Below, one piece after another: positions 1-11,013 of a stretch of DNA of 64,000 nt. Position numbers and translations under genes: made by a program. Numbering within the stretch: the stretch's first letter is position 1; each line of letters starts with the position of its first letter. The stretch spans positions 128,001-192,000 of the forward strand of contig CAXXUA010000013.1 of the NCBI GenBank assembly GCA_963663765.2. The letters are read 5' to 3'. The notes below the pieces were generated by a model that was not told where the DNA came from, did not search any database, and worked only from the letters and a program-made list of their open reading frames with translations. Source of the stretch: Candidatus Poribacteria bacterium (lineage in GTDB: Bacteria > Poribacteria > WGA-4E > WGA-3G).

Positions 1-1737
1 CTGATAGACGTGGAAGTAATCATTAACATTATGTGCTTTTGTGATCCATTCTTCTATACGGTCAAGATCTTCTAGTTGAACGTGGGTAGATTTTGGAGAG
101 GCAGCTGTGCTACTGGTTTCAGTAAAATGTGCTGCAACAATAAGTAAATCAAGGATATTTACACGCCCATCTCTGTTCACATCAACTTTTGGATGTTCCG
201 GGTTTACCTTGCCAAAGTTATCGGAAATAAGAACAAGGTCTGATATGTCTATAACACCATCATTATTTATATCCCAAGGTGGCGTTCGTGGAACATAGTT
301 GTGGTCTATATCTGGTAAAGCTCCGATCCAACCCGCTTGAAGTTGTTCACCAAGGTCAGTCACAAGTTCTTTATTTTCAGGACTTTCTACGATATTGACG
401 GTTTCATTTGGGTTCTCCTGATAATCATATAACTCAATGCCATTTTCTCCATTGTTTCCCCACTCGGTGTATCGATATTGATCGGTGCGCATGGTATATC
501 CATCCACAGTACCTCGCTTTAGTTGACTAAACGCTGCAGTTTTCCAGGGGCGTGCCGGTTCTTCAATGACAGGTAGCATAGTAATACCTTCAAGTTCTGT
601 TAGGATCGGCAGTTGACAAGCATCACATAATGTCGGATAGATATCAACAAGTTCAACTAAGGCATCAGTACTTACATTACGATGAGTTTGCCCTGGTATA
701 CTAACTATCAAAGGCGATCGTACTGAATCTTCAAAAAGGGTGTTTTTTCTCCAGAGTCCGTGCTCCCCGAGGTGAAACCCATGGTCTCCCCAGAAAACGA
801 TAACCGTATTTTCAGTAAGACCTAATACATCTAATTGATCTAATACACATCCTATTAATGCATCTACATAACTAATATTTGCAGCATAAGCCAGGGTTAA
901 TTCCAACGTTTTTTCTTCAGAGAATGGAGGATAATTTGTAATATCTTGGTAAGCCCTCATGCCTTTTGGGTTCTCAGCTATTATCGGGGCATTTCTTGGA
1001 AGGCTCGTATCAGAGGGTGCTGTGAAGTCTTGTGTCGTATATAAATCAAAGTATTTCGTTGGTGCATAGAAGGGCAAGTGTGGTTTGTTAAAACCGACCG
1101 CAAGGAAAAAATTCAAGTCTTTTATCTCTGTCAAAACTTCTATAGCAGCATTTGTAATCTTACCATCTTCCAGTTCATCATCGGCAACATCAAGAGCTTG
1201 CCAAGAGGGAGACATTGTTTTATCAATATATTTCCAACGTTCCCTCCAAATTGGCTGGCTCCATGAAAGTTCATCTTCCCATGCGGCATCCCCGTGTGCA
1301 ACTTTACCGACAGACCGAGTATGATAGCCGTAGTTTTTAAAATGTTGTGGTAATGTTATAACGTCTGGGAGCACCTGTCGAAAATCTGTAGGATTATCAT
1401 GTACACCCGTTGTATCTGGTCGCAGCCCAGTGAGTACTGAAGCCCGTGAAGGATTGCAAACTGGAAATTGGCAGTAGGCGCGGTTGAAAAGCGTGCCACG
1501 TTGTGCTAGTCTATCAATGTTAGGCGTATGCATCTTTGAGTGTCCATAGCATCCTAACATTGGGCGAAGATCGTCAACAGCAATGAATAAAACATTGTAT
1601 TGTCCTTCAGCATTAGCATGGCGTTTGGGGAGTAAACCTGTCGTGAAAGCAGCTGCACCTGCTTTTAAACCTGTTGAGAGAAAATCGCGTCGGGTAAAAG
1701 TTCGAGAAAATTTCTGTTGTTGTGTAGCATCTTTCAT
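1..1737 (-). CDS. Tat-signal formylglycine-type sulfatase (iduronate-2-sulfatase-like) with dockerin-like repeat; 3' end runs off the window
   Basis: Not in the ORF track. Manual translation from ATG (cat 1735-1737) gives MKDATQQQKFSRTFTRRDFLSTGLKAGAAAF...YNVLFIAVDDLRP...CNPSR, collinear with the paralogs at 4176-9971. Confidence 0.9.
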   Translation of the reverse strand, partial: MKDATQQQKFSRTFTRRDFLSTGLKAGAAAFTTGLLPKRHANAEGQYNVLFIAVDDLRPMLGCYGHSKMHTPNIDRLAQRGTLFNRAYCQFPVCNPSRASVLTGLRPDTTGVHDNPTDFRQVLPDVITLPQHFKNYGYHTRSVGKVAHGDAAWEDELSWSQPIWRERWKYIDKTMSPSWQALDVADDELEDGKITNAAIEVLTEIKDLNFFLAVGFNKPHLPFYAPTKYFDLYTTQDFTAPSDTSLPRNAPIIAENPKGMRAYQDITNYPPFSEEKTLELTLAYAANISYVDALIGCVLDQLDVLGLTENTVIVFWGDHGFHLGEHGLWRKNTLFEDSVRSPLIVSIPGQTHRNVSTDALVELVDIYPTLCDACQLPILTELEGITMLPVIEEPARPWKTAAFSQLKRGTVDGYTMRTDQYRYTEWGNNGENGIELYDYQENPNETVNIVESPENKELVTDLGEQLQAGWIGALPDIDHNYVPRTPPWDINNDGVIDISDLVLISDNFGKVNPEHPKVDVNRDGRVNILDLLIVAAHFTETSSTAASPKSTHVQLEDLDRIEEWITKAHNVNDYFHVYQ

Positions 1738-1857
1738 AAGTGATTTCCTTACTATATATAGTTTGTATCAAATGACCCCATGAGTTATACTGTTAGTATG
1801 AGTTATACTAACGAGTAGATGTCCTCGGATCCCGTTAATCTATTCCTGGAGGTCAAC

Positions 1858-2656
1858 ATGAACCGCAAAAAGGATACCGCGTACGGTATTACCGGCTCGA
1901 ATCCAAGAATGCCAGAGCCGTTATTATTCAGAAGATATCATCAGACTTTAATCTAATGCCTATTGTTACTGAAGCCTACTATAAACAGATTTCTACTTAT
2001 TTTGAACAACATACCGATGTGTGAATGAAATCAGGACAAATCTGCTACGAGGCTGTCGCTGCTGAGGAACCCGCAGGTTAACACATCGCTTTAGCAAAAA
2101 AATCTCCTGTCGGCTCACCCTCAATGACACAAACGCCGATCTTGAAGTCTTAGCGACTTATGGACTTGCAGGACTCAGACGACATCGGATCCTCCGATTG
2201 ACCAAAGAAGCCTATGACCAAGATTCTTTACTGAGCTATGAAGATTTAGCTGTCTTATTAACCACCAGTCCTTCTACAGTCAAACGCGACATTCGTCAGT
2301 TGAAACAGGAGGGATATTTCGTTATGACGCGCGGGACGAAACACGACATGGACCCCGGCACTTCTCATAAGACGCAGATCTCGGAACTGTATTTCAAAGC
2401 CTATACCTTTACCGAAATCAAGCAAAAAACGAACGACAGCGAACGGGCTGTTTACCGCTGCTTGAGAGACTTCACACAAGTTGCTACGCTCCATCATCAA
2501 GGATTCCCTAACGGTCAGATACGTCTCATTTTCCATCTCTCTGATAAGCTAATCCGCGAGTATCTCTCGCTATTCAAGGAATACCAACACACTGACCGCA
2601 TGACCCAACTCCTTCACCCAGAACCTGAGGACACAAAAAAGAGGGACCTCTCATGA
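1858..2656 (+). pseudogene. DUF1670-like HTH protein, copy 1 (disrupted)
   Basis: GGAGG plus ATG at 1858; in-frame TGA 2022 and TAA 2079 plus frameshifts. The intact part has EAYDQDSLLSYEDLAVLLTTSPSTVKRDI...TRG..HD...SHK. Confidence 0.7.
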
Positions 2657-3538
2657 GCAAACCTCTAACACGCACGCAAATCAACGAGAAAAAATTCAGA
2701 CGCATCAACGATAAGTCCTTACGACAGTTGCTTATCCATCGCTTTCTCAATGACTACGGGTATGACAAAGGCAAAGTCACTGCCACCGCCATCGTTGATG
2801 ATATTCTCAAGACCGTTGAGGACTATTTCGTAATTACCCTCCCTTTTGAGAAACTCGCCACCGGTGATCAACTCACTGATGAGCGTTTCCTGAGTTATGG
2901 ACAACTCGTTTGGATGGCTGTCCCTATTGATGAACATCCAAAAAGAGGGAAGTCCATCATCAAAACTCAGATGAAACCCATCATCCTGACCTACCTCGCT
3001 ACTGAGGATATTGAATCTTTTAGAAATGGTGTTACCTCACGACAACTACGAATCAATCGCTTGGTCCGCTGGTGTTATCAAGCTTATGACCAAGGTGCTT
3101 TATGGACACAACTCGACTTAGCTTGTCTTGCTGAACGTCTGCGATGCAGTTGTCTGTGATTATGTCAATGAATGGCAAAAAGCCACTGGCGACATCTTGC
3201 CCACTCGGGGCAACATCCATGATTTATCGGGTGCTATTACCCACAAGAAAGAGATCATCACGCTCTATCTTCAAGGACATCTCACCCCCAGTATTGCTGC
3301 AAAAACCAAACATTCTAAGGAGGCAGTTGACCGATACATTCGCGATTATGAGAGCGTCAAAGTCGTTCGGAAAGCAACCACAGATATTGACCAAATCTCA
3401 CAGATCACACGACTTTCTAAACGCGTTATCACTCAATATCTCGACCTTATTCCACAGCACCAACTTCAAGCTATAGATGCAAACCTTACCAATTCATCTA
3501 CAAACGATGAAACAGGACACCAAGGAGAAACACAATGA
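2653..3538 (+). pseudogene. DUF1670-like HTH protein, copy 2 (frameshift near 3128)
   Basis: ORFs 2653..3159 and 3128..3538 join as QAYDQGALWTQLDLAC/LLNVCDAVV...LPTRGNIHDLSGAITHK...HSKEAVDRYIRD, paralogous to copy 1. Confidence 0.7.
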
Positions 3539-3765
3539 TATCCTAACTCCCTGTTCCAGACGAACTTTATTCAGCAAAACAGAGATAGTTTCCCTGAAAA
3601 TAGGGTTGATAACCATCCCCATCTTTGCTAAACTTTAGAAACGTTTATCGCTAACCGCATCATTTCTCAAAGAGAATGGTAGCGATTCCAACTTATCCCA
3701 CTCATTAACGATGGTTGCGAAGCTAATAAACATCAGCATTCCAGCTATCCTATGGTCATTTGATA

Positions 3766-5819
3766 CTATTTTAGAATTACCATTCGCCGCGTTGCTTTGA
3801 AATTCCCTGCTTGAAACGTATAGACATAAACGCCACTTGCAACGGGTTCGTCTGTAGAGTTACGTCCATCCCAATGTGCTGCACGGGACTGTGTGCGATA
3901 TGTACCAGCGACCTGTTGTCCCATTGCTAACTGTCGGACGCGTTGTCCTTTCATGTTATAAATGTCTATTTTCACATTTGCATCTGTTCCCAAGTCATAA
4001 GGTATCCATGTTTCTGGGTTGAAAGGATTTGGATAGTTTGGCATAAGGATTGTTTTATCTGGAATTATGTTATCAATTAAACCTTCTAAAGTGGTAATAC
4101 CCTTTTTTAGGACTTCAGATCCATCGTCTACTAAGCGTGCTTGTGTGAGCCATTTTTCAATTTGACTCAGATTTTTTAGTTAGTATTTATATGTGTTGTG
4201 GGTGCTGCTGGATTTGTAGTCTCGGTAAAATGTGCTGCCACTATTAGCAAGTCAATGATGTTAACCTTGCCATCCTTGTTTACGTCGACTTTAGGATTTT
4301 CAAGTGACGATTTACCGAAGTTATTTGAGATTAGAATTAGATCTTGGATATCAACGACACCATCACTATTTATATCCAATCTTTTATTGAGTGGAACATT
4401 GGGATGGTCGTGTATATCCGGTAAAGCTCCCCGCCAACCTGCCTTAAGCTGTTCACTAAGACGTGCGACAAGTTCAGCGTTTTCTGGTAGATTTACGATG
4501 TTATAATCAGAATACGGATCAATGTTAAAATCGTAAAGTTCTCGTAGCTGCCCCCACTCCGTGTACCGATATCGTTCAGTGCGAATTGAGTGTCCTTGTT
4601 TAAGTTGACTAAAGACACCGTTTTTCCAAGCAAGTGTCGGTTCCTGAATCACAGGTAACATGCTTAATCCCTCTAATTCTGGCAAAATAGGCAAGTGACA
4701 TGCATCACATAACGTCGGGTAGATATCAACGAGCTCAACAAGTGCTTCTGTTTTTTCTCCAGGCGCAGCCTGTCCTGGTACGCTGACAATCATTGGAGAA
4801 CGAAGTGCAGTTTCAACGATGATGTTTTTTCCCCATGTTCCATCTTCACCAAGATTATATCCGTGATCTCCACAAAATGCAATAACCGTTTTTTCTGTGA
4901 GTCCGAGTGAGTCCAATTGGTCTAAAACACGTCCTATTTGTGTATCTGTATAACTTGTTGCAGCTGCATAAGCTCGAGTTAACTCCAAGATTTTCTCATA
5001 CGAAAGAGACGTATAATCTGGAGGAATATCTGCAAAAGGTCGGATTTCGTTCCAAGTTGGTGGCATTATGTCGGAAGGGAGTTCTCCTGAGAGGGCAGGT
5101 AAATTAAAAGTTTTGTTCTTGTATAATTCGAAATATTTCTTTGGTGCGTTGTAGGGTAAGTGTGGTTTAAAAAAACCGACAGCTAAAAAAAACTGTTGAT
5201 TTTTAATCTGTTCCAGAACTTCAACAGCTCGTTTTGCTACTTGACCATCTTTGAGGTCGTCGTCTTCCACGTCGAGTGCCTTCCAAGAAGGGGTCGTCTC
5301 GTAATCAAGTGGGTACCATGGCGGTCTCCATGAAGGTGCACTCCATGAATTTTCATCGTCTTGGAAATCTGGCGTGTGAAATATTCGACCAACTGATTGT
5401 GTATAGTAACCGTGTGATTTGAAATGTTGTGAGAGTGTGATAACTTGGGGCACTGTCTCACGAAAATAATCCCTATTATTTAGTACACCCGTTGTCTGAG
5501 GTCTTAGTCCGGTAATAATAGAAGTTGGAGATGGGCTACAGAGCGGATATTGACAATAAGCATGATCAAAAAGTGTCCCGCGTTGTGCGATTCTATCTAT
5601 GTTCGGTGTGTGCATCTCTTGATGACCATAGAAGCAAAGTAGAGGGCGTAAATCATCAACCATGATTAACAAGACATTATAATGTTCTTCTCCTGAAGCG
5701 AGGTGTTTAGGTAATAGTCCTGTCGTAAGAGCTGCGGCACTCGCTTTCAAACTTGTTGAGAGAAAGTCACGCCGGGTAAAAGGTCGTGAGAATGTTTTGA
5801 GTTCTGTAGTCTCTTTCAA
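3766..5819 (-). pseudogene. Tat-signal sulfatase with dockerin-like and C-terminal sorting-type domain, frameshifted near 4176
   Basis: ORF 4176..5819 plus an out-of-frame continuation NLSQIEKWLTQARLVDDG...MPNYPNPFNPETWIPY (3766..4044). Active-site motif reads CSPSP instead of CxPSR. Confidence 0.85.
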
Positions 5820-5829
5820 ACGTTTCCCT

Positions 5830-7893
5830 TTATTTTGTAACTATCATTTTGCGTGTAGCTTTAGCCTGCCCAGCACCAGCATGGAGTGTATAGAAGTAGA
5901 TACCGCTTGCCACAGGTTCACCTGCGGCGTTGCGTCCATCCCAATGTGCGGCACGTGTTTGTGTCCGGTATGTGCCAGCGGTTTGAAATCCTACCTTGAG
6001 ATGTCGAATAGATTCCCCTTTTAAATTATAAATCTCAATACTGACATCGGTGTCGTTTGCCAAGTCGTAAGGTATCCACGTTTCCGGATTAAATGGATTC
6101 GGATAATTCGGTAACAACACTGTTCTTTCTGGTATAACGCTACTAAGCAATGCTTCTAGGACGGTGATACCCCGCTGATAAATATCGGTGTCAATTTTTA
6201 CTGTGTGTGCTTCAGCGAGCCATTCTTCAATGCGGTCAACATGTTTCAGCAGTATAGCAGTGTGTTTTGATGGGGCTGCTGTATTACTGGATTCAGTGAA
6301 ATGTGATGCAACGATAAGCAAGTCAATGATGTCAACACGACCATCTCGGTTCACATCAACTTTCGGATCATCCAGGTTCATTTTACCGAAGTCGTTAGAA
6401 ATGAGAATAAGGTCTTGAATATCAACAATACCATCATCATTTATATCATAAGGTTGAGTAGGTGGAACATAGGGATGGTTATGCATATCTGGCAACGCTC
6501 TGTACCAACCTGCACTGAGTTTTTGACTGAGGTGTGCGATAAGTTCAGTGTTTTCCGGTAGATCAACTTGATTTATAGTTCCATCTGGATCAATATGATA
6601 ATCGTACAGTTCTTTTCGTTCTCCAGATTCTGTATATCGGTATTGTTTCGTGCGAATAGAGCGGGAATTTCCGAGTTGACTAAAAGCAGCAGTTTTCCAT
6701 GGGCGTGTTGGTTCCTCTATGACAGGTACCATACTTAAACCTTCAAGTTCTGGTGGAATAGGTAAATTGCACAGATCACATAACGTCGGATAGATATCGA
6801 CTAACTCAACAAGTGCATCTGTTCTTTCACCGACTGCGTTCTGTTCAGGAAAACTTACAATCAAAGGTGAATGGAGGGAAACATCAAAAATAGTTCTTTT
6901 CCCAAATAGTCCATGTTCCCCCAAATGGAATCCGTGGTCCCCAGCAAAAACGATTACCGTATTTTCTGTTAGATTAAGAGCATCCAATTGGTTCAAAATT
7001 CGTCCTACTTGGGCATCCATGTAACTTGTTGATGCTGCATACGCTCGGATCAACTCTAATGTTTTCTTTTCAGTAAGCGGTGCATCTCCGACAGGGATAT
7101 CTGAATAATTTCTGAGCTCATGCCACCGGTGTAAAACTATTCGTGGAACATTATCAAAAATTTGAGTATCATACAATTCAAAATATTTTTGGGGTGCGTG
7201 GAACGGTAAATGAGGCCTGACAAAGCCAACAGCAAGTAAAAACTGACTATCTTTAACATCTTCTAAAACACCTACCGTGTGTTTCGCGATTGCACCATCC
7301 TCTAACGCGTCGTCATTTACATTAAGAGCTTGCCAAGACGGAACACCTCCAAAAGCTCTCCATTTTGGCCACCAAAAAGGAACACTCCAAGAATTGTCAT
7401 TTTGCAACGGTGGAACACCGTTCTTAATTTCTTCACTGGTACGGGTATTGTGCCTAATTTTCCCAATAGAACGCGTATGATAACCGTGGGTTTTGAAATG
7501 TTGCGGAAGCGTGACTGCGTCAGGTACTGTCTCACGAAAATCAGCGTAATTATCATGAACACCAGTTGTATCTGGACGCAAACCGGTAAGGATTGAAGCA
7601 CGAGAAGGATTACAAAGTGGAAATTGACAATAAGCACGGTTGAACAACGTTCCCCGTTGTGCTAATCTATCAACGTTAGGAGTGTGCATTTCTTGATGAC
7701 CATAACAGCCTAACAAAGGGCGCAAATCATCTACCATGATAAATAGGACATTATATTGTCCCTGAGCTTTTGCGGAGAGATTTGGCAAAAGTGCAGTTGT
7801 GAAAGCAGCTGCACCTGCTTTCAGACTTGTTGAAAGAAAGTTACGTCGGGTTAAAGATCGTGAGAATGTTTTCTGTTCAATTACCTCTTTCAT
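5830..7893 (-). CDS. Tat-signal sulfatase with dockerin-like repeat and FlgD-Ig/T9SS-like C-terminal domain
   Basis: TRRNFL signal, VDDLR, CNPSR, GDHG, DINDDGIVDIQDL, LLPNYPNPFNPETWIPY. Confidence 0.93.
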   Translation of the reverse strand: MKEVIEQKTFSRSLTRRNFLSTSLKAGAAAFTTALLPNLSAKAQGQYNVLFIMVDDLRPLLGCYGHQEMHTPNVDRLAQRGTLFNRAYCQFPLCNPSRASILTGLRPDTTGVHDNYADFRETVPDAVTLPQHFKTHGYHTRSIGKIRHNTRTSEEIKNGVPPLQNDNSWSVPFWWPKWRAFGGVPSWQALNVNDDALEDGAIAKHTVGVLEDVKDSQFLLAVGFVRPHLPFHAPQKYFELYDTQIFDNVPRIVLHRWHELRNYSDIPVGDAPLTEKKTLELIRAYAASTSYMDAQVGRILNQLDALNLTENTVIVFAGDHGFHLGEHGLFGKRTIFDVSLHSPLIVSFPEQNAVGERTDALVELVDIYPTLCDLCNLPIPPELEGLSMVPVIEEPTRPWKTAAFSQLGNSRSIRTKQYRYTESGERKELYDYHIDPDGTINQVDLPENTELIAHLSQKLSAGWYRALPDMHNHPYVPPTQPYDINDDGIVDIQDLILISNDFGKMNLDDPKVDVNRDGRVDIIDLLIVASHFTESSNTAAPSKHTAILLKHVDRIEEWLAEAHTVKIDTDIYQRGITVLEALLSSVIPERTVLLPNYPNPFNPETWIPYDLANDTDVSIEIYNLKGESIRHLKVGFQTAGTYRTQTRAAHWDGRNAAGEPVASGIYFYTLHAGAGQAKATRKMIVTK

Positions 7894-7901
7894 AAGTTCA
7901 C

Positions 7902-9926
7902 CTAATTTGCAATTACCATTTTGCGGGTTGATTTCGTTTGTCCTGCGCTGAGTGTATAGAAATAGACTCCACTTGCGACAGGTTCACTAGCGGAATTATG
8001 ACCATCCCAATGTGCAGATCGCGATTGAGTGCGATCTGTGCCAGCGGCTTGGAAGCCAACCTTTAGATGTCGTATAGATTCTCCTTTGTGGTTATAGATA
8101 TAGATTTGAACATCTGTATCTTGTGCTAAGTCGTAAGGTATCCATGTTTCTGGATTGAAAGGATTAGGATAGTTCGGTAATAGCACTGTTTTTCTTGGCA
8201 TTACAGAATTTATTAAAATCTCTAAGTTTGTAATTCCTTGACGAAAAACTTTAGAACCGTCATTTACTAAACGGGCTTCAGTAAGCAATTGTTCAATTCT
8301 GTCGATCTGTTGAAGCGGTATAGGAATAGATTTTGGTGCTGCAACATTGCTTGCTTCACCTAAATGTGAAGCAACAAATAGAAAATCAATTAAATCAACG
8401 TTTCCATCCTTATTTACGTCAACTTTCGGATATTCATGCGTATCAGCATCAAAACTATTTGCGACTAAAAGGAGATCTTGGATATCAATGGTCCCGTCAT
8501 TGTTCACATCCCACGGAAGAAATATAGAATTATAATTTTGTTCTTGGTCAGTCGGTAAAGCGGCTTGCCATCCAGCTTGAAGCCGTTCGCTGAGATGTTT
8601 TACGAGTTCCGCGTTTTCTGGAAGATCGGCAATGTTTATAGTTCCATCTGGGTCAGTGTGAAAATCATAAAGTTCTCTTGTTTTTTTCCGCTCCGTGTAT
8701 TGGTATCGTTCTGTGCGAATAGAGTGTGCTGCGTCAATGTCAACTTGGCTAAAAGCAGCCGTTTTCCACGGACGTGTTGGTTCTTTAATCACAGGTGTCA
8801 TGCTTAAGCCTTCAAGTTCTGATGGAATAGGTAATTGGCACAAATCACATAACGTCGGATAGATATCAACAAGTTCCACAAGAGCATTTGTATTAACGCC
8901 ACGAGGAGACTGTCCAGGGAAACTGACAATCAAAGGTGAACGCAGAGCAGCCTCAAAAATAGTTCTTTTGGCAAATGTACCATGCTCTCCAAGATTGAAG
9001 CCATGGTCACCCGCAAGAATGATAACTGTCTCTTCAGATAGTCCGAGTGTATCCAGCTTATCTAAGACACGTCCTACTTGTGCGTCCAGATAACTTGTAG
9101 ATGCAGCATATCCTCGAATTAACTCTAATGTTTTTTCTTTAGATAATGTGCCGCCTTCTGTTGGAATATCCGAATAAACCCTCATTTCATGTTGGGCATG
9201 TATGACAACATCTTCAACATCTTCAATGATTGTCGTGTCGTACAAGTCGTAATATTTTGTTGGCGCGTTGAAAGGCAAATGTGGTTTATAGAAACCAACA
9301 GCGAGAAAGAACTGATCGCCTTGTACATCTTCTAAAACTCCCATTGTGTGTTTTGCTACTTTACCATCTCTTAATTCATCGTCTGAAACATCAAGGGACT
9401 GCCAAGATAGTCGATTAATATAGGGTTCGAATCTTGGTGACCAACTTGGAATACTCCAAGATTTACTATCAGCAAATGGACCATGTAATATTTTTCCTAT
9501 TGAACGTGTATGATAGCCGTGTGTTTTGAAATGTTGTGGTAAAGTAACCACATCAGGTACTGTAGTCCGATAATGTGTATTATTATCTTGCACGCTATTT
9601 GTGTCTGGACGCAATCCCGTGAGTATTGACGCACGGGAGGGATTACAAATTGGGAATTGGCAATAGGCACGGTTGAAAAGTGTACCTCGATGCGCAAGTC
9701 TATCAATATTAGGTGTATGCATTTCTTGATGACCATAACAACCTAACAAAGAGCGCAAATCATCTACCAGGAAAAATAGGACATTATATTGTCCCTGAGC
9801 TTTTGCGGAGAGAATAGGAAAAAGTGCAGTTGTGAAAGCAGCGGTACCGGCTTTTAAACTTGTTGAAAGAAAATCGCGTCGCGTAAACAAGTGTTTTTGC
9901 ACCTGTGATTTTAAATTATGCTTCAT
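7902..9926 (-). CDS. Tat-signal sulfatase with dockerin-like repeat and FlgD-Ig/T9SS-like C-terminal domain
   Basis: TRRDFL, CNPSR, KPHLP, GDHG, DVNNDG, PNPFNPETWIPY. Start placed at ATG 9926 (ORF open to 9971). Confidence 0.92.
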   Translation of the reverse strand: MKHNLKSQVQKHLFTRRDFLSTSLKAGTAAFTTALFPILSAKAQGQYNVLFFLVDDLRSLLGCYGHQEMHTPNIDRLAHRGTLFNRAYCQFPICNPSRASILTGLRPDTNSVQDNNTHYRTTVPDVVTLPQHFKTHGYHTRSIGKILHGPFADSKSWSIPSWSPRFEPYINRLSWQSLDVSDDELRDGKVAKHTMGVLEDVQGDQFFLAVGFYKPHLPFNAPTKYYDLYDTTIIEDVEDVVIHAQHEMRVYSDIPTEGGTLSKEKTLELIRGYAASTSYLDAQVGRVLDKLDTLGLSEETVIILAGDHGFNLGEHGTFAKRTIFEAALRSPLIVSFPGQSPRGVNTNALVELVDIYPTLCDLCQLPIPSELEGLSMTPVIKEPTRPWKTAAFSQVDIDAAHSIRTERYQYTERKKTRELYDFHTDPDGTINIADLPENAELVKHLSERLQAGWQAALPTDQEQNYNSIFLPWDVNNDGTIDIQDLLLVANSFDADTHEYPKVDVNKDGNVDLIDFLFVASHLGEASNVAAPKSIPIPLQQIDRIEQLLTEARLVNDGSKVFRQGITNLEILINSVMPRKTVLLPNYPNPFNPETWIPYDLAQDTDVQIYIYNHKGESIRHLKVGFQAAGTDRTQSRSAHWDGHNSASEPVASGVYFYTLSAGQTKSTRKMVIAN

Positions 9927-9985
9927 TCGTGCATGATTCCTAAATAATCTGATGTAGATTTGTTTTTCCAACGATTTCTAATTAA

Positions 9986-10990
9986 CTATCGCCTATTATA
10001 CCGTAATTTTGTCATTGTTTCAAGGAAAATTTGTGCAATACTTGGATTTAATTCAAACGGAACTCTGGGAGGGACAGGATGTAAGGTATGATTAGCATAA
10101 TTCAGGAATGTTTTGTCCAATGGTAATTCGCAGAATTCACATAAAGATAACAATGTTTCCTCAGGTGCTGTAGTCAACTCTTCAAAACGAACTGTGTAAA
10201 TACAATCTGGGTAGTTTTGTATTAGATTCAGACCTTCATGCATAGACAATACCCATTCAATCGCTGCTCTGTCCAAATGTCTATCACACCTTTTTATATC
10301 CTCAACCACATCTTTCAAGTCATCGTCAGTGGAAACAAGTTGGTCCACTAACAGATTCCATTTGCGGTCATTCACACCCCACCAATCGTGTTTCTCTCCA
10401 TTGACTTGCACGCCGAGTCTCATTGACCAATTCGCAATTGATTGGCAGGTATCCCATCCGTTTCTAATAAGAAAAATAAAACGCGCATCCGGAAATATAG
10501 CACGTACAAAATCAACTCTAAAAATCAGTTCTGGATATTTATCTACAAGACGTTTTGTGCCTGTTGTTGATAGGTATGCACCAAACATTTTGGTGGCACG
10601 TTGTTGCATGTTGTCAGTTTTATCCTCTGCAGACAAACGATATTTTGCATGTTCACGACTGTAGTTTCCGATGATATCTTCATTTGGATGAATGAGGTGC
10701 CATATTGCTTTCGGTTCATTTAAAAACCCTACATCTTTGTGCATGGATAGCACTATTCCAAGTATTGTTGTTCCACTACGACCAGTGCCGAGAATAAAAA
10801 TAGGTTTATGAATAGGTTGAAATTGTCTATGACTATTTGCAGCTTTTTTCAGAAGTGAAAGGACGATTGGATTTATCCATCTACCCTTTGTTGTTAGAGG
10901 ACGTCCTTCAAACAGTGCATAACTGATGAGACGTGTTATTGCTTTGATTGGTCGCGTTTTGATATAAGCAGAATTAATTTGTGCAACCAT
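9986..10990 (-). CDS. PAPS-dependent sulfotransferase
   Basis: 5'-PSB loop FILGTGRSGTT; FLIRNGWDTCQS 3'-PB motif; VRFEEL. Confidence 0.88.
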   Translation of the reverse strand: MVAQINSAYIKTRPIKAITRLISYALFEGRPLTTKGRWINPIVLSLLKKAANSHRQFQPIHKPIFILGTGRSGTTILGIVLSMHKDVGFLNEPKAIWHLIHPNEDIIGNYSREHAKYRLSAEDKTDNMQQRATKMFGAYLSTTGTKRLVDKYPELIFRVDFVRAIFPDARFIFLIRNGWDTCQSIANWSMRLGVQVNGEKHDWWGVNDRKWNLLVDQLVSTDDDLKDVVEDIKRCDRHLDRAAIEWVLSMHEGLNLIQNYPDCIYTVRFEELTTAPEETLLSLCEFCELPLDKTFLNYANHTLHPVPPRVPFELNPSIAQIFLETMTKLRYNRR

Positions 10991-11013
10991 ATTTCATTTA
11001 TCTCAATTCTTGA

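Larger units (their letters stand above)
1766..3765 (+). mobile_element. ~2-kb inverted-repeat-bounded element carrying two decayed DUF1670-like genes
   Basis: GTATCAAATGACC (1765-1777) and GGTCATTTGATAC (3754-3766) form a perfect inverted pair with TA at both ends. Removing the element leaves a short sulfatase-sulfatase intergenic spacer. Confidence 0.7.

Noticed and set aside
1858-2200. Stop-codon recoding (Sec or alternative genetic code) in DUF1670 copy 1
   Set aside because: TGA, TAA and frameshifts co-occur, and housekeeping genes use standard stops; this is decay
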